64,000 nucleotides of DNA from Octopus sinensis (lineage: Eukaryota). The notes beneath the pieces were generated by a model. The model searched no databases. It saw only the letters and a list, made by a program, of their open reading frames with translations, and was not told where the DNA came from. Below are positions 39,796 to 53,825 of this stretch, piece after piece. The translations under genes were made by a program, and so were the position numbers. Position 1 is the stretch's first letter. Each line of letters begins with the position of its first letter. The stretch spans positions 23,312,001-23,376,000 of the forward strand of contig NC_043010.1 of assembly GCF_006345805.1 (NCBI RefSeq). The letters are read 5' to 3'.

Positions 39796-40524
39796 TCCAA
39801 ACATGAAACACAAAGAGAAAACATGTATATATATATTATTTATATTATTGTATATATATGTATGTATGTGTATGTATGTATGTGTATGTATGTATATTGC
39901 TCCGTTCTTTATTTCGCACATTCTCATCAACCCAACAATATATCGTAAACGGAATTATATTCTTTGAAGGAGGAAAGAAGACATGTTACCTTCTCTTCTC
40001 TGTCCATTTTTCATTGTCCTTCTCCTCCCATTTCTTTGTTCACTTCACTTCTCGTTAGTCTGTCCATGGTCATCTATTGTTCGTATTATTATGGTTATTG
40101 TTGTTGTTCTTCTTCTTGGTGGTGGTGTAGGTGATGGTGACGGTATGGCGGTTGTGTTCTTATTGATGATCATGATGTTATACACGTGCTGTTTTGTTTT
40201 CATTTCATTTGCCAAGGAAATGAAGGAAAAGTATTTTCAAGACATTTTTCTTTATTTTATTTTATTTTTTTAGTTTTCTAATTTGATTCAATCTGTTCTG
40301 AAATTTAGTCAATCTGACAACTTGCATTGTCATTCCCTCTTAATTACAAAGGTGTTAACATTTATTTGGCTTCTGTTTTGAAGCGTTTTCCTTTGCTATT
40401 AATGACTAAAGTAAGCTAACACGCAGAAGCTTGAAGGCGTGGTTAAGAAGTACGTTTCACAGTCACGTTGTTACGCGTTCGATTCCACTGTAGGACAAAG
40501 AGGGTAATATTTATCTGTTACATA

Positions 40525-41096
40525 AGGCGGCGTGGTGGCGGAAACATTAACACACCAGGGGAAATGCTAAGCGGTATTTTGTCTGTCTTTACGTTCTGAG
40601 TTCAAATTCCGCGGATGTCGACTTTCCCTTTCATCCTTTCGGGGTCGATAAATTAAGGACCAGTTACGCACTGGTATTGACTTAATCCGTGTGTCTGTCC
40701 TTGTTTGTCCCCTCTATGTTTAGCACCTTGTGGGTAGTAAAGAAATAGGTTTTTCGTCTGCCGCTACGTTCTGATTTCAAATGTCGCCGAGGTCGACTTT
40801 GCCTTTCAACCTTTCGGGGTCGATTAAATAAGTACCAATTACGCACTGGAGTCGATATAATCGACTTAATCCGTTTGTCTGTCCTTGATTGTCCTCTCTG
40901 TGTTTAGCCCCTTGTGGGTAGTAAAGAAATAGGTATTTTGTCTGTCTTTACGTTCTGAGTTCAAATTCCGCGGAGGTCGACTTTGCCTTTGATCATTTCG
41001 GGGTCGACAAATTAAGTACCAGTTGCGTACTGGGGTCGATCTAGTCGACTAGCTCCCTCCACAAAAATTTCGGGCCATGTGCCTAGAGTAGCAAAG
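40525..41096 (+). mobile_element. Trimeric Meta/MESC-like SINE with TSD AATATTTATCTG
   Basis: TSD at 40506-40517 and 41097-41108. Confidence 0.85.
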
Positions 41097-41407
41097 AATA
41101 TTTATCTGCTACTTATTTTAGTCATTAGACTGCCACCACGCTGGAGCACCACACTGAAGGAGTCTTTAGTTGGATAAATCTACTCCAGTACTATTTTTAG
41201 ACCTGGTAATTATTTAATCGGACTCTTATAACAAACCGCTAGATTACGGGGTCGTAATCACACCTCCATCGATTGACAAGCAGCGGTAGAAGACAAACAC
41301 AAATACGCGCACGCGAACATGCACACACATATCAACATACATATACGCACACGCGTGCGCGCGCACACACATGTACAAACACACACACGAATATAAATAT
41401 ATATATA

Positions 41408-41443
<36 letters not shown>

Positions 41444-41724
41444 TTTGAATATGTAGTTGAAAGCGCTCGCGCAAACTAGAATGTAACTTTTTCCAAAACC
41501 GGTCAGTGACGTTCTAGTAAAGAATTAACAACTGTTTTTTAAAAAGTCTTTTTTAAAGCTGTTTCAAATGATTTTCACAAAATCCGCAAGATTCCGAGTT
41601 CGATTCCAAGCAGTGACCTGAAAAACAACAGCAATAATAATAATAACAATAATAACGGCGGTGCATCAGTTGGCCGCAGCTCTAAGCTGAAACTACAGAT
41701 ATATATATATATATATATATATAT

Positions 41725-42160
41725 GTTCTAGTCATTTGACTGCAGTAATGCTGGAGCACCGCCTTTCGCTGAACAAATTGAACCCAGGACACATTCTTTA
41801 TAAGCCTAGTACTTATTCTATCGGTCTGTTTTGCCAAACCGCTAAGTTACGGGGACACAAACACACCATCATTGGTTGTCAAGCGATGTTGGGGGAACAA
41901 ACAAACACACACACACACACATATATATCTGTGCGTATCCGTGTGCGTTTTTGTGTCTCTGTTTGTCCTCCCACCACCATCGCTTGACAACCGATGCTCG
42001 TGTGTTTACGTCCCTGTAACTTAGCGGTTCAGCAAAAGTGACCGATGGAATAAGTACTTGGTGTACAAAGAATAAGACCTGGGTATGATTTGTTCGGCTA
42101 CAAGGCGTTGCTCCATCATGGTTGCAGTCAAATAACCGAAACGGGTCAAAAAATAAAAGA
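41725..42160. mobile_element. Two CORE-SINE 3' halves in inverted orientation
   Basis: Minus copy ~41725-41915; plus copy ~41950-42160. Confidence 0.75.
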
Positions 42161-42487
42161 AAGGAAAGACAATGACCGATCCCAGACTGTAGTAGAAGAT
42201 TGTTGCTCAAGGTACCGCGCAGTGGATTCGAACCTAAAACAACGTGGATACAAAGCGAGTTATTCTATACATACCATTTTAAAAATCTCATTTGATCTTT
42301 TTTCATTGAAGCTTTATGTAAAACATCACTTGTTCTAAGTTCGATACTACTGGCAGGCGAGGCAACTTGGGCGAGTATCACCTACTCTAGCCTTCACCGA
42401 CCAAAACCTTCTGAGTGGAATTGGTAGATGGAAACTAAAAGAAGCCTGTCGTGTATATATTATATATTTATATATATATTATATATA

Positions 42488-42537
<50 letters not shown>

Positions 42538-42698
42538 ATATATTATATATATATATATATGTATATGTATATATATATGTATTATTATATGTATATATAT
42601 ATGTGTATTATATATATATGTGGTAATGCTATATATATGTATATATGTATAAATATGTATATATATAATATGTATATATGTATATATATGTATATATG

Positions 42699-42729
<31 letters not shown>

Positions 42730-43619
42730 TATATGTATATATATATGTATATATATATATGTATATATATATGTATGTATATGTGTGTGTGTATGTATGT
42801 ATATGCGTGCGCGTGTATTTTTGTGTCTTTGTCCCCCACCACAGCTTGGCAACTGGTGTTGGTGTGTTTACGTCTTCCTGTCTTAGTGATTTGGCAAAGA
42901 AAGCCAGGCTAAAAAAAACCCCAAAAACGAAGAACAGTAGGGTCGATTCATTCGACTAAAATATACTTCAAGCCGTTGCTCCAGCATGACCGCAATCTAA
43001 TGACTGAAACAAATACTAGACAAAAGATAAAAGACAATTATTCTCCCTTGTCTCTGTAATGTCCCGCTTCATTCGGCGCCCTTCAAACAGACGAAAGAAC
43101 TAATTACTCCTTTGTAGGGCGAATGGATGGAGTAACAAGCAGAGCGGCGTCTAGAGCGCATTATCGTATTGAGTTACGCCCCTTCGAATTTCATCGCTGA
43201 AATACCACTAATTGCAATTTCACCTTTTATAATTCTCGGAGCATTAAAACAAATACCAGCCAAATATTGCGAGATTAAAAACGTTCCGGCAATTATACCC
43301 AACCAATATATGCCCCACCAATGTACCCGACTATAACTTTTTTGTTTTGTTTTGTTTTGTTGCTGTTTTGTTATTGGAACATTCTGTACTGATTTATATA
43401 TTTCGGGTCTCGGTCGCTTACATATTTAAATTCCATTAGTTATGGTATGTAACAGACTTGGTGCCTACTTTACCCACCCACCCCTCCATCTCCCATTATC
43501 CCCCTCAACCTCACCCCAACCCTCTCTGCATTCAATTTCATTTACTACCCTTTCCTCACCAAACTGCTTACACCCGTTTTAATTTTCAAACTGTTTTATT
43601 TCTTCATTTTCGTTTTACT

Positions 43620-43666
43620 CCTTTCTTTCTTTTTTCTTTCTTTCTTTCTTTCTTTCTTTCTTTCCT

Positions 43667-43698
<32 letters not shown>

Positions 43699-43985
43699 TA
43701 TTTATTTATTTTTATCCTTTTCTTTTTCTCTTTCTTTCTTTTTCTTTCTTTCTTTTCCATTTCCTTCTTTTCCTTCTTTCTTTCTTCCCTCTTTCCTTCT
43801 TCCTTCATTTCTTTCTTCTTTTCTTTCTTTTATCTTTCTTTCTTACGTTGTTTCTTTCTTCTCTTCTTCCTTTCTTCCCTTCTTCCTTTCTTCCCTTCTT
43901 CCTTCTTCTTCCTTTCTTTCTTCCCTCCTTCCTTTCTTTCTTTTTCCTTCTTTTTCCTTCCTTCCTTCCTGTTTTCCTTTCTTCT
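43620..43985. repeat. (CTTT/CTT)n polypyrimidine tract
   Basis: Direct reading. Confidence 0.9.
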
Positions 43986-45343
43986 TAATTCCTCTCATTC
44001 ATCATCGGTGTTAGGGGACCACAAAGATGTGATGTTTTCGACGACATTTCCATTTCAGCCGATTACGATAATTTTTTTTAATTTTCTTCCTCTTCATGAA
44101 ACCTCTCCTCATCTTATGTTGACAAAACCCAGCCCATGGCATCGGACATCACCCCTCCTAACTCCAATCTCAATCTCTCCGCACAAAATACCAAATAAAT
44201 AGTAATAATAATAATAATAATAATGATAATAATAATAATAGTAATAATAATAATAATGATGATGATGATTTCTTTAATAACCACAAGGGTTTACATTAAG
44301 AAAAGCATTATGGGCAGAACAGGACAAAACAAAGAATGTATGTGTGTAAATAATTTCGTTATCTGCCACCAGGGCGGCGGATATAGAGTGTGGGGACTTA
44401 CATAAATGAAATATAAAGAAGTATAAATGATATACAATATTAACAAACAAAAAGAGAATAATGATCGTAATAATGATAATGAAACAAAAAAAAATCATAA
44501 GAAGAAAAAGAGGGTGGGGAAGGAAAATGAAAAAAACGATAAAAGAAAATAAACAAAATCTCAAAAACATATATTAATAAAAAAAGTAGTCTTCAAAAAC
44601 AAAAGATGGCGTGACCACGTGATCCGTGACATCGACATAGGCATGTCTTTCATTCACATTTGAAGGTCAAAGGAGTTATGGTGGTGGTGGTGGTGGTGGT
44701 GGAGAAGCGGTGTTGGAGGTGGCGGCGCGGCAGATAATTAAAGTAGATGCTACCATTTCAAGAATGACCTTGATTATTTCGCCATCCATCATCGATTCAG
44801 CAAATGCAGAAAAGATGCAAAATTCGTAAATGTTTGATACACTATCACAAACTGTTTTGGCGTCCATTACAGAGAAAAAGAGAAGGAGAGAGAGAAAGAA
44901 AGAGAGGGAGAGAGAAGGAGAGAGAGAGAGAGACTGACAGACAGACAGAGACAGAAAGACGGAGAGAGATGCAGACACAGAAATATTTGCTCGTTCTTAA
45001 TGTCTTTTATTTCAAAAATTTGACCTTCATTCTTCCATAAACATTCCGTTTGCCTTCTCTCCTCGCCCTGTTTCTCTCGCTCCACCCGTCCGAGTGTGGG
45101 TGCATCTTTCAGTATGACAGATTCTGATTATCAAACATACATTTCTCACCCCCACCCAGAATGGTGACTGAATGCATGAAACTAAATATATATACATTTA
45201 GGCGCATCATTTTCGAATACATACACTGAGCACACTCAAGTATTTTATATATGTGTATATGTGTTTGCGTGTGTGTGACTATGTGTGTGCATCCATACAT
45301 ACATACATACATACATACATACATACATACATACATACATACA

Positions 45344-45377
<34 letters not shown>

Positions 45378-45595
45378 ACTAATGTAGGATTTTTTTTTTT
45401 TCGGGAAAAAAAATTTTATCAATGGCCAGCATATCAAAAAATACCTTTAAAGGTTAAATTTATAAATAATTTACAAGATAAGGGTAAAAGAAAAATTCTA
45501 ATGCCAAATATGCCGAAAAAAAGACAAGACTTTTCAATAACCGTTATAATTTATGCGTCTCGAAACAAACCGATAGAAATCTCTAAAAAATTCGT

Positions 45596-45658
45596 TATTA
45601 CCGTATTGGTCCAATTTCGGGGTTAATTAATAAGTTTTTCCCTCTTCAGCGGCAAATA
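45596..45658 (-). ncRNA. Type I hammerhead ribozyme
   Basis: tatttgccg-CTGAAGA-ggg[aaaaacttattaattaac]ccc-GAAA-ttggaccaa-TA-cggtaata. Confidence 0.75.
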
Positions 45659-45920
45659 CGCGAGATATAAATGAAATACTTACTCATACCCATGGAAAAA
45701 GCAAGCACCAAGTCCAGAGCAGACCTAAGTACCCCAAATATATCCAAAATAGAAAAATCTTCGGCACATCTCGAGAGACACGTATGATTCGAACTAGAAA
45801 CTTTCACAGAATGAGAGAATCCGGAAGTGAAACACTATTCAATTTATAACTAATGTAGGATAAAATTATTTTTGTTTCCGGAAAAAAATTATACATATAT
45901 ATATCTATCTCTATTATCTA

Positions 45921-46306
45921 TTACTTGTTTCAGTCATTTGACTGCGGCCATGCTGGAGCACCGCCTTTAGTCGAGCAAATCGACCCCGGGACTTATTCTT
46001 TGTAAGCCCAGTACTTATTCTATCGGTCTCTTTTTTTGCTGAACCGCTTAGTGACGGGGACGTAAACACACCAGCATCGGTTGTCAAGCAATGCTAAGGG
46101 GACAAACACAGACTCACAAACACACACATATATACATATATACGACAGGCTTCTTTCAGTTTCCGTCTACCAAATCCACTCACAAGGCATTGGTCGGCCC
46201 GGGGCTATAGCAGAAGACACTTGCCCAAGATGCCACGCAGTGGGACTGAACCTGGAACCATGTGGTTGGTTAGGAAGCTACTTACCACACAGCCACTCCT
46301 GCGCCT
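45921..46306 (-). mobile_element. CORE-type SINE, full length
   Basis: Same family as 639-1074. Confidence 0.88.
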
Positions 46307-46384
46307 ATATATAAATTTTATTTCGTAATGAGATAAAAAAAACCAAGGCTGTGTAGATTTTAGAACATTTATAGATAGAAAATT

Positions 46385-46430
46385 ATACAGTTGTTTCCAG
46401 GATATTTATTATATCCCTTCATCGGAGACG
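46385..46430 (-). ncRNA. Hammerhead motif, CCGAUGA variant, stem I decayed
   Basis: CCGATGA-agggatat-aataa-atatcctg-GAAAC-aact-GTA. Confidence 0.5.
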
Positions 46431-46577
46431 GTGTGACAGGATGGTTAAGAAACAGTTAATTTAGATAAGGTATAATATAGACAGTGAGGAGGAGGAAATA
46501 AAAGAAAATAGATGCGGTCCATCTATAGCACTTATTCATCATTATCTGACACCATTACCTCTCATATATATATATAT

Positions 46578-46621
<44 letters not shown>

Positions 46622-46625
<4 letters not shown>

Positions 46626-46736
46626 CCACATGATCCCCAGTTCAGTCCCACTGCGTGGCAACTTGAGCAAGTGTCTTCTACTATAGCCTCGGGCCGACCG
46701 AAGCCTTGTGAGTGGATTTGGTTGACGTAAAGCAAA

Positions 46737-46813
<77 letters not shown>

Positions 46814-46815
46814 TG

Positions 46816-46846
<31 letters not shown>

Positions 46847-47095
46847 ATATATATATGTATGTATACATATATATGTATGTGTGTGTATGTTTGTGTGTCG
46901 GTGCTTCCCCACCATCACTTGACAACTGATGTTGATGTGTTCACGTCCCCGTTATCTAGCGGTTCGACAAAAGACACCGACAGAATAAGTCCTAAGCTTA
47001 CAAAGAATAAGTCATGAGGTCTATTTGTTCGACTAAAGACGGTGCTTCAGCATGGTCGCAGTCAAATGACTGAAACAAACAAAACAGCAAAAGAA
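46622..47095 (+). mobile_element. CORE-type SINE with expanded internal microsatellite
   Basis: Head at 46622-46735; tail at 46890-47095. Confidence 0.8.
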
Positions 47096-47120
47096 TATAT
47101 ATATATATATATATATATAT

Positions 47121-49818
47121 GTTGGTCTTTACAGGCCTCCCCAGGCACCTCTAAAGTACTTTGAAGAGTGCCTTAGCAAAGTCAAGTCCTTCCTTCGGAA
47201 GTACCACTCCGGAAACATACTAGTGATGGGTGATTTTAACCTCCCTCATGTGAACTGGCCCACAAATACTCTGAAGTTAGGCAAGTGCTCTACATCAGAT
47301 AGAACAGCAGCAGAACTGCTCTTTAATCTGATGGATGAGTATTTCCTGACTCAGCTAGAGCTGGAACCAACGAGGCAGAATAAAACGATCTTGGATCTGG
47401 CACTGACCAATCACTCTAGCTACGTTCACAGTATTTCAGTCGAAAAAACTCTCCTAGCAGACCACGACATGGTACTCTGCAATCTTAATTCCCGACATAT
47501 AAAAACCAAACCAGCCAATCCCACTCCATGGCACCTATTTGACAACATAAACGTCCACAAAGCGGACTGGGGAGCAATTAGAAAGGATCTGTCTTCCATC
47601 GACTGGTCTTTTACACTCAATTCCTCTCATATTGAGACCGCGTGGCAGCACTTTGAAAACATTGTCACCTATACATGCTCTAAACACGCTCCCACGAAAT
47701 CTACTAACACAAACAGAAACCGGCTCCCTAAAAAGAAAAAAAAAACACTCATCAGGCGCATCAAAAGACTCCAGAAAAAAATCAACCAATTAAAATATTC
47801 CCACACACAACATCCACATTCAACAACAATGAAAAGACTAGAGCTGGAAAAACTTCATCTGCAGACCAACATGAAAACCTCCATTGAAGATAAAAGAGCT
47901 GTGGAGGAACAATGGGTAATCAAAAACAACAAACAGAACCCAAAAGTGTTCTATTCTTATACAAATAAGTATAGAACCACTGTCTCACCCATTGGGCCAT
48001 TGATTGATGATAACGGCATTCCCCAACACGGTGCTAAAGAAATGGCAGAAATACTGCAGAAACAATACTGCTCTGTCTTTAGTGTTCCCACTGATACTGA
48101 CGTAAGGGAAACGAACGAAGTTGACTCCCAACACAAAATCTCAGACATAACCTTCACTGCCACCGACATCGTAGCAGCAGTAAATGAGGTCAAACATTAC
48201 TCTGCTGTAGGCCCTGATAGATTTCCCGCTAGTCTCCTGAAGGAATGTAGATACCAACTTGCAGTCCCTCTGACCAACCTCTGCAGAAATTCGTTAGACG
48301 CAGGTTATATACCGAAACAGTTTCTATCCCAGTCGGTCATCCCGGTTTTCAAACAGGGAAACAGATCCCTCGCACTCAACTATCGCCCAATCTCACTCAC
48401 CTCCCACATCATTAAAGTGTTTGAAAGAGTGTTAAGATCAAGGATAGCTGACTTCCTGGAGACCCACAAACTCCTAAATGCAAATCAGCATGGCTTTCGC
48501 TGTGGCAGGGACTGTCTAACACAGCTCTTACACCACATTGAAGATGTACTCAAAGCCTAGGGAACAGGTTCGAACTCTGACGTCATATATCTTGACTTCA
48601 GTAAAGCGTTCGACAGGGTAGACCATAACATCCTACTCTCAAAATTGGCAAACGTTGGAATCCGTGGAAAAGTTCTACACTGGATTAAGTATTTCCTGGC
48701 GAATAGAACACAACATGTTGTAGTTGATGGAGTCCACTCAAACCCAGCAAAAGTCACCAGCAGTGTTCCCCAGGGAACTGTTTTGGGTCCGCTACTCTTC
48801 ATAATTTACGTAAACGACCTTTCCAGTGTCGTACATTACTGCAAAGTGAAAATATTTGCTGATGACACTAAGCTCCAGCAAATCGTCAATGAAGAAGAAG
48901 ACCGAACTCAACTCCAGTCTGATCTATATGCTGTGAGTCAATGGGCAGACAGAAACATAATGCAACTGAATGAGGGAAAATTTGAGCTGATGCATTTTGG
49001 AAGAAATTCCTCACTAAAACCACCATACTCTCTTCCTTCAGGGGAACCGCTCACAGCCTCTAACAATATCATAAACCTGGGTGTAATTGTTGATGACGAT
49101 CTCAGTTGGAGTGCACACATCAACAAGAAGGTCGATATAGCTCGTAGGATGAGTTCCTGGATCTTAAGAACTTTCCGGTCCTGAGAACAAGGTGTCATCA
49201 TACCACTTTTTTCCTCCTTTGTACGGCCACACCTTGAATACTGCTGCCCACTGTGGTCTCCTCACACAAGACAAAACATCTCAGAATTGAGTCACCCAAG
49301 AGGGCACTCGCTAAACAAATTGAAGGCATGGCTGCTCTCGATTATTGGGATCGCCTTAAAGCCTTGACACTTTACTCCCTCCAGCGTCGACGTGAGCGGT
49401 ACATCATTTGTACGATGTGGAAAATATACCGCCAACTTTGCCCAAACGACCTAAACATTAGCTTCAAGGTTCATCCAAGACTTGGACCACGGGCTATACC
49501 CAATTCAAGATCACAACATACATGTACACTGCAACATAATTTCTTTTCCTCAACAGGCCCTGCCCTATTTAACATTGTCCCGAGGGAGATCAAAGAGGAA
49601 AAGGATCCCATCAACTTTAAACGGAGTCTGGATAGATTCCTTCAAAGAATACCAGATAAGCCACCCATAATTGGATACCATTTACCCAACAAGAACTCAC
49701 TACTTGAACAAAACTTGACTTAAACAGGATTCGAATAATCCTATCAGGTGGTGCTATTAAGTTAGACATGGCCTGGACCAATCTTTGGTCGAAACATATC
49801 TAAGTTTATCTAAGTCTA

Positions 49819-49823
<5 letters not shown>
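47121..49823 (+). mobile_element. 5'-truncated CR1-type LINE (family A), ORF2 pseudogene
   Basis: Endonuclease C-half, RT ([29 protein letters not shown]); in-frame stops at 48558 and 49182; short repeat tail 'tatctaagtt'. Same family as 23234-26370. Confidence 0.93.
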
Positions 49824-49855
<32 letters not shown>

Positions 49856-50515
49856 ATATATATATATATATATGATATTTGCCGTCTGATAAACACAATA
49901 CGGTATGATATGAGATCTCTGTTGACAGATCACTAAATATGTTTTGTACGACTCAATCTGAGGAGACTGCTAATTGACGTTGAAAAATGTGATGTCACAA
50001 ATTCTCTCTGTCTCTACTTAGACGTACACAAACACACACAGGCACGCACACATACGTAAGCACGCACACGCATATAGGTACAACTTTTAAGCGTAGTAAC
50101 ATCTAGACACTTACTGATGCCATTAATCTGTATACTTTGCGAAGTCAAATTTATTATGAAGATCGAGTTGACTAGAGAGAGAGAGAAAGAAGGGGAGAGA
50201 GAGAAAGAAGGGGAGAGAGAGAAAGACAGACAGATAGACAGATATATAGATGAATAGCTTCGAGTAAACCATTGGTTCGTTTTGTTATCTTACTTTATTA
50301 TCATCTTATAATCATGTCATAATAATGACCATTATGGCTCGTATTACTACCTCAGTCAATCTAATTGTATATATTTATCGCTACCTGTCATAAATAGCCT
50401 TTTTCTATTTGCAATATGCATTTTCGTTGATTTTTCATATTTTACCTTTACATTTCCACGTGTATTTTATATTTTCTTTTCGTAACATATTTCTACTATA
50501 TATATATATATATAT

Positions 50516-51369
50516 ATAAGAAATATTGAATTTCTAAATCTCTCGTAGAGACATGTACGGTGGTGGGGCGATAGAATGGTTGTATACTGTCAATCTAACA
50601 AGAACGTGACAGTAGGGGGTACACCACCGCTGTATAGCCCTAGGAAGCATCGAACGCCTCATGATAGCTTTGACACATTTTTTCCCTGTGTCCTTATATA
50701 CATATACGAAGGGGAGACAAACACCCCCGGCCGCCGGAACTGCATCTAGGGACACCGTGTTTCAGGATCATTGTCCTTCATCGGCCTAGAGTAGCAGACA
50801 CCGGTCAGCTGGTGATATTTGCCTCGACTTCGTAATTGTATATATGTAAACTCAGTGAAGTCTATTCACTGATTATCAAAATAAGAAATATTGAATTTCT
50901 AAATCTCTCGTAGATACATGTACGGTGGTGGGGCGATAGAATGGTTGTATACTGTCAATCTAACAAGAACGTGACAGTAGGGGGTACACCACCGCTGTAT
51001 AGCCCTAGGAAGCATCGAACGCCTCCTGATAGCTTTGACACATTTTTTCCCTGTGTCCTTATATACATATACGAATCAGTGAATAGACTTCACTGAGTTT
51101 ACATATATACAATTACGAAGTCGAGGCAAATATCACCAGCTGACCGGTGTCTGCTACTCTAGGCCGATGAAGGACAATGATCCTGAAACACGGTGTCCCT
51201 AGATGCAGTTCCGGCGGCCGGGGGTGTTTGTCTCCCCTTCGTATATGTATATAAGGACACAGGGAAAAATGTGTCAAAGCTATCAGGAGGCGTTCGATGC
51301 TTCCTAGGGCTATACAGCGGTGGTGTACCCCCTACTGTCACGTTCTTGTTAGATTGACAGTATACAACC

Positions 51370-51372
<3 letters not shown>
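50516..51372. mobile_element. Hammerhead-bearing fold-back element: 365-bp unit + partial repeat + 300-bp inverted tail
   Basis: 50516-50880 restarts at 50881-51075; 51074-51372 is the reverse complement of 50575-50874; lies within (TA)n. Confidence 0.88.
51151..51208 (+). ncRNA. Type I hammerhead (CCGAUGA); mirror copy on minus at 50740-50797
   Basis: ctgctactctagg-CCGATGA-agga-caatga-tcct-GAAA-cacggt-GTC-cctagatgcag. Confidence 0.85.
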
Positions 51373-51405
<33 letters not shown>

Positions 51406-51576
51406 TAATAGACAGACAGATAAATGAGTAATGTATGTATGCATGTAAATATTTATATGCAAAAATAAGAGCACATATACGTAACTGCATATATATATCT
51501 ATATGTATATATATGTATATATATATATGTATATGTATATATATATAAATATATATACACACACTCACACACACAT

Positions 51577-51628
<52 letters not shown>

Positions 51629-51634
51629 ATAATA

Positions 51635-51958
51635 GGCACTCCGTCTGTTGCGACGACGCGGGCTCCAGTTGGTCCGATCAAGGGAACAAACTGCTCGTGA
51701 AATTAACGTGCAAGTGGCTGAGTATGAGACCGACACGTGTAACCCTTAACGTAGTTCTCAAGGATATTCAACCTGATACGTAATGTGGCAAGGCTGGACC
51801 CTTTGAATTACATGTACTACTCATTTCTGCCATGTGAGTGGAATGGAGTAACGTGAAATAAAGTGTCTTGCGTAAGGACGCAACGCGCCGCCAGAAATCG
51901 AACTGTCGACCTTAGATCGTGAATCGATTACGCTAACCACTAAACCATGCGCCTTCAT
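51635..51958 (-). mobile_element. tRNA-derived SINE
   Basis: Head like 11060; tail like 55680-55795. Confidence 0.75.
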
Positions 51959-52624
51959 ATATAATACACACACACACGTACTTATGTGGGTTTAAAGATG
52001 CTTGAAGTATATTTGAACTGTAAGAAGTTCGTATTCATATATATATATAAACACGGATTTTTTTATACAGCCATATATACATGGATATAAACACATATAT
52101 ACATACATACATACATATACACAGATTCGTGGATACATATATACACAGATTCGTACATACATACATACATACATACATACATACATAAACGCAAACACGC
52201 TTTCCTGTTTTAAAGTTCACGAAAACAGCCAGAGAACCGACCAACTTCTATTTCTCTCGTCCTGCGTACAACGCTTCCTTCTCTCAGAAGCGATGTCTGT
52301 CTGAATGGAATGTAAATAAACAAACGACTTTAGCAAAAAGCATGAAGATAGTGAGAGAGATAGCGATGGCTTAAAATAATATTAAGAATCCAGATTTGTC
52401 GCTGTCGTCTACATAGATCGGCTATCCACGAATTTCATGTTTTTCTTTATTTTCTTTTGTCTCGCTCACTTTTACTTGTTTCTGCTATTGGAGCACGGTC
52501 AAGCTGCAGCTCCGTCTCGTGTGGTTCTTAGTTGATTGTATGTGCAGTACTTTTCTTAGAATTATCGACCAGTGTTAGTGAGGTTACGAAATGCAAACAG
52601 ACTTTCGGTTGCGAGTTATGTAAC

Positions 52625-53435
52625 TCTTTTCTACCCTAAGTACAAGGCCAGAAATTTTGGGGGAGGGGGGACAGTCGATTAGATCAACTCCAGTACACAA
52701 CTGGTACTTAATGTTTCGACCCCGAAAGGATGAAATGTAAAGTCAACCTCTGCGGTATTTGAACTCAGAACGCAAAGACAGACGAAACACCGCGAAGCAT
52801 TTCGTCCTGCGTGATAACGTTTCTTATCTCTTTATTGCCCACAAGGGGCTAAACATAGAGGGGACAAACAAGGACTGACAAAAGAATTAAGTCGATTACA
52901 TCGACCACAGTGTGTAACTGGTACTTAATTTATCGACCCCGAAAGGATGACAGGCAAAAATCAACCTCGGCGGAATTTGAACTCAGAAGCATTTCGTCCG
53001 GCGCCCTACCGTTTCTGCCAGCTCGCCGCCTTAAGGGTTATGTAACTCTGTCGAATAATGAATACCGTTGGTCATTTTCCGCTCAGATGTATCGGTTTTT
53101 ATCCACTCCATACCGATATAAACGTGATACTCATACACACATATGCACTGACATTTGCACACACACACTCACACACACATTGTGTCTGTGAGTGCGTGCA
53201 CATATGTAAGTTTACTATCAAACCATTTGACATTTTGGCACAGAGCAGCAATTTAGCGGGAGGGAGCAGTTAAGTTCATCGACCTCAGTGTTCAATTGGT
53301 TCTTATTTCATCGATCCCGAAAGGGCAAAAATCAAAGTCGACTCGAACGAAATTTGAACTGCAAACGCAAAGACGAATGAAATGGCGCTAAGCATTTTAC
53401 CCGGCGCTCTAACGATTCTGCCACCTCACCGCTTT
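52625..53435 (-). mobile_element. Cluster of Meta/MESC-like SINE copies
   Basis: Copies at ~52625-53035 and ~53232-53435. Confidence 0.75.
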
Positions 53436-53825
53436 ACCGTTTACTATAGTTTAGCATTGCATCATACAACTCTTCTCTGATAATTTGAAATACAGGGCAC
53501 ATCTTTTTTAAATATAAACATACAATGTTAGCTTGCCGTGAAAATTAAACAAAGTAGCTCGTATTTGTATGCTTGAGTGAAACAAGAGAACCTACTATGA
53601 CTCCGTAGAGATAACGAGTTTTCTGTGATTATGCAAGCAACAAATTTAAAGAACTTACTAAATGATGAAGAAAGAAGATACCAAGGAGATGGCCACCACC
53701 TCATAACTTGAATGTCTACAATGCAGACGGAATATGAGACTGAATATGTTTCTTTGCGATCAGTTCAGACTTAAGATAAATACTGACCACAATAATACAG
53801 TTGGTAATATTTCTTGTGGAGGTAA

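Noticed and set aside
44676-44978. 100-aa minus-strand ORF as an exon
   Set aside because: Both ends are microsatellite-derived; no recognisable domain or convincing splice sites.
47223-48560. 445-aa ORF as a host gene
   Set aside because: It is a fragment of CR1-type ORF2 ended by a premature stop within RT.
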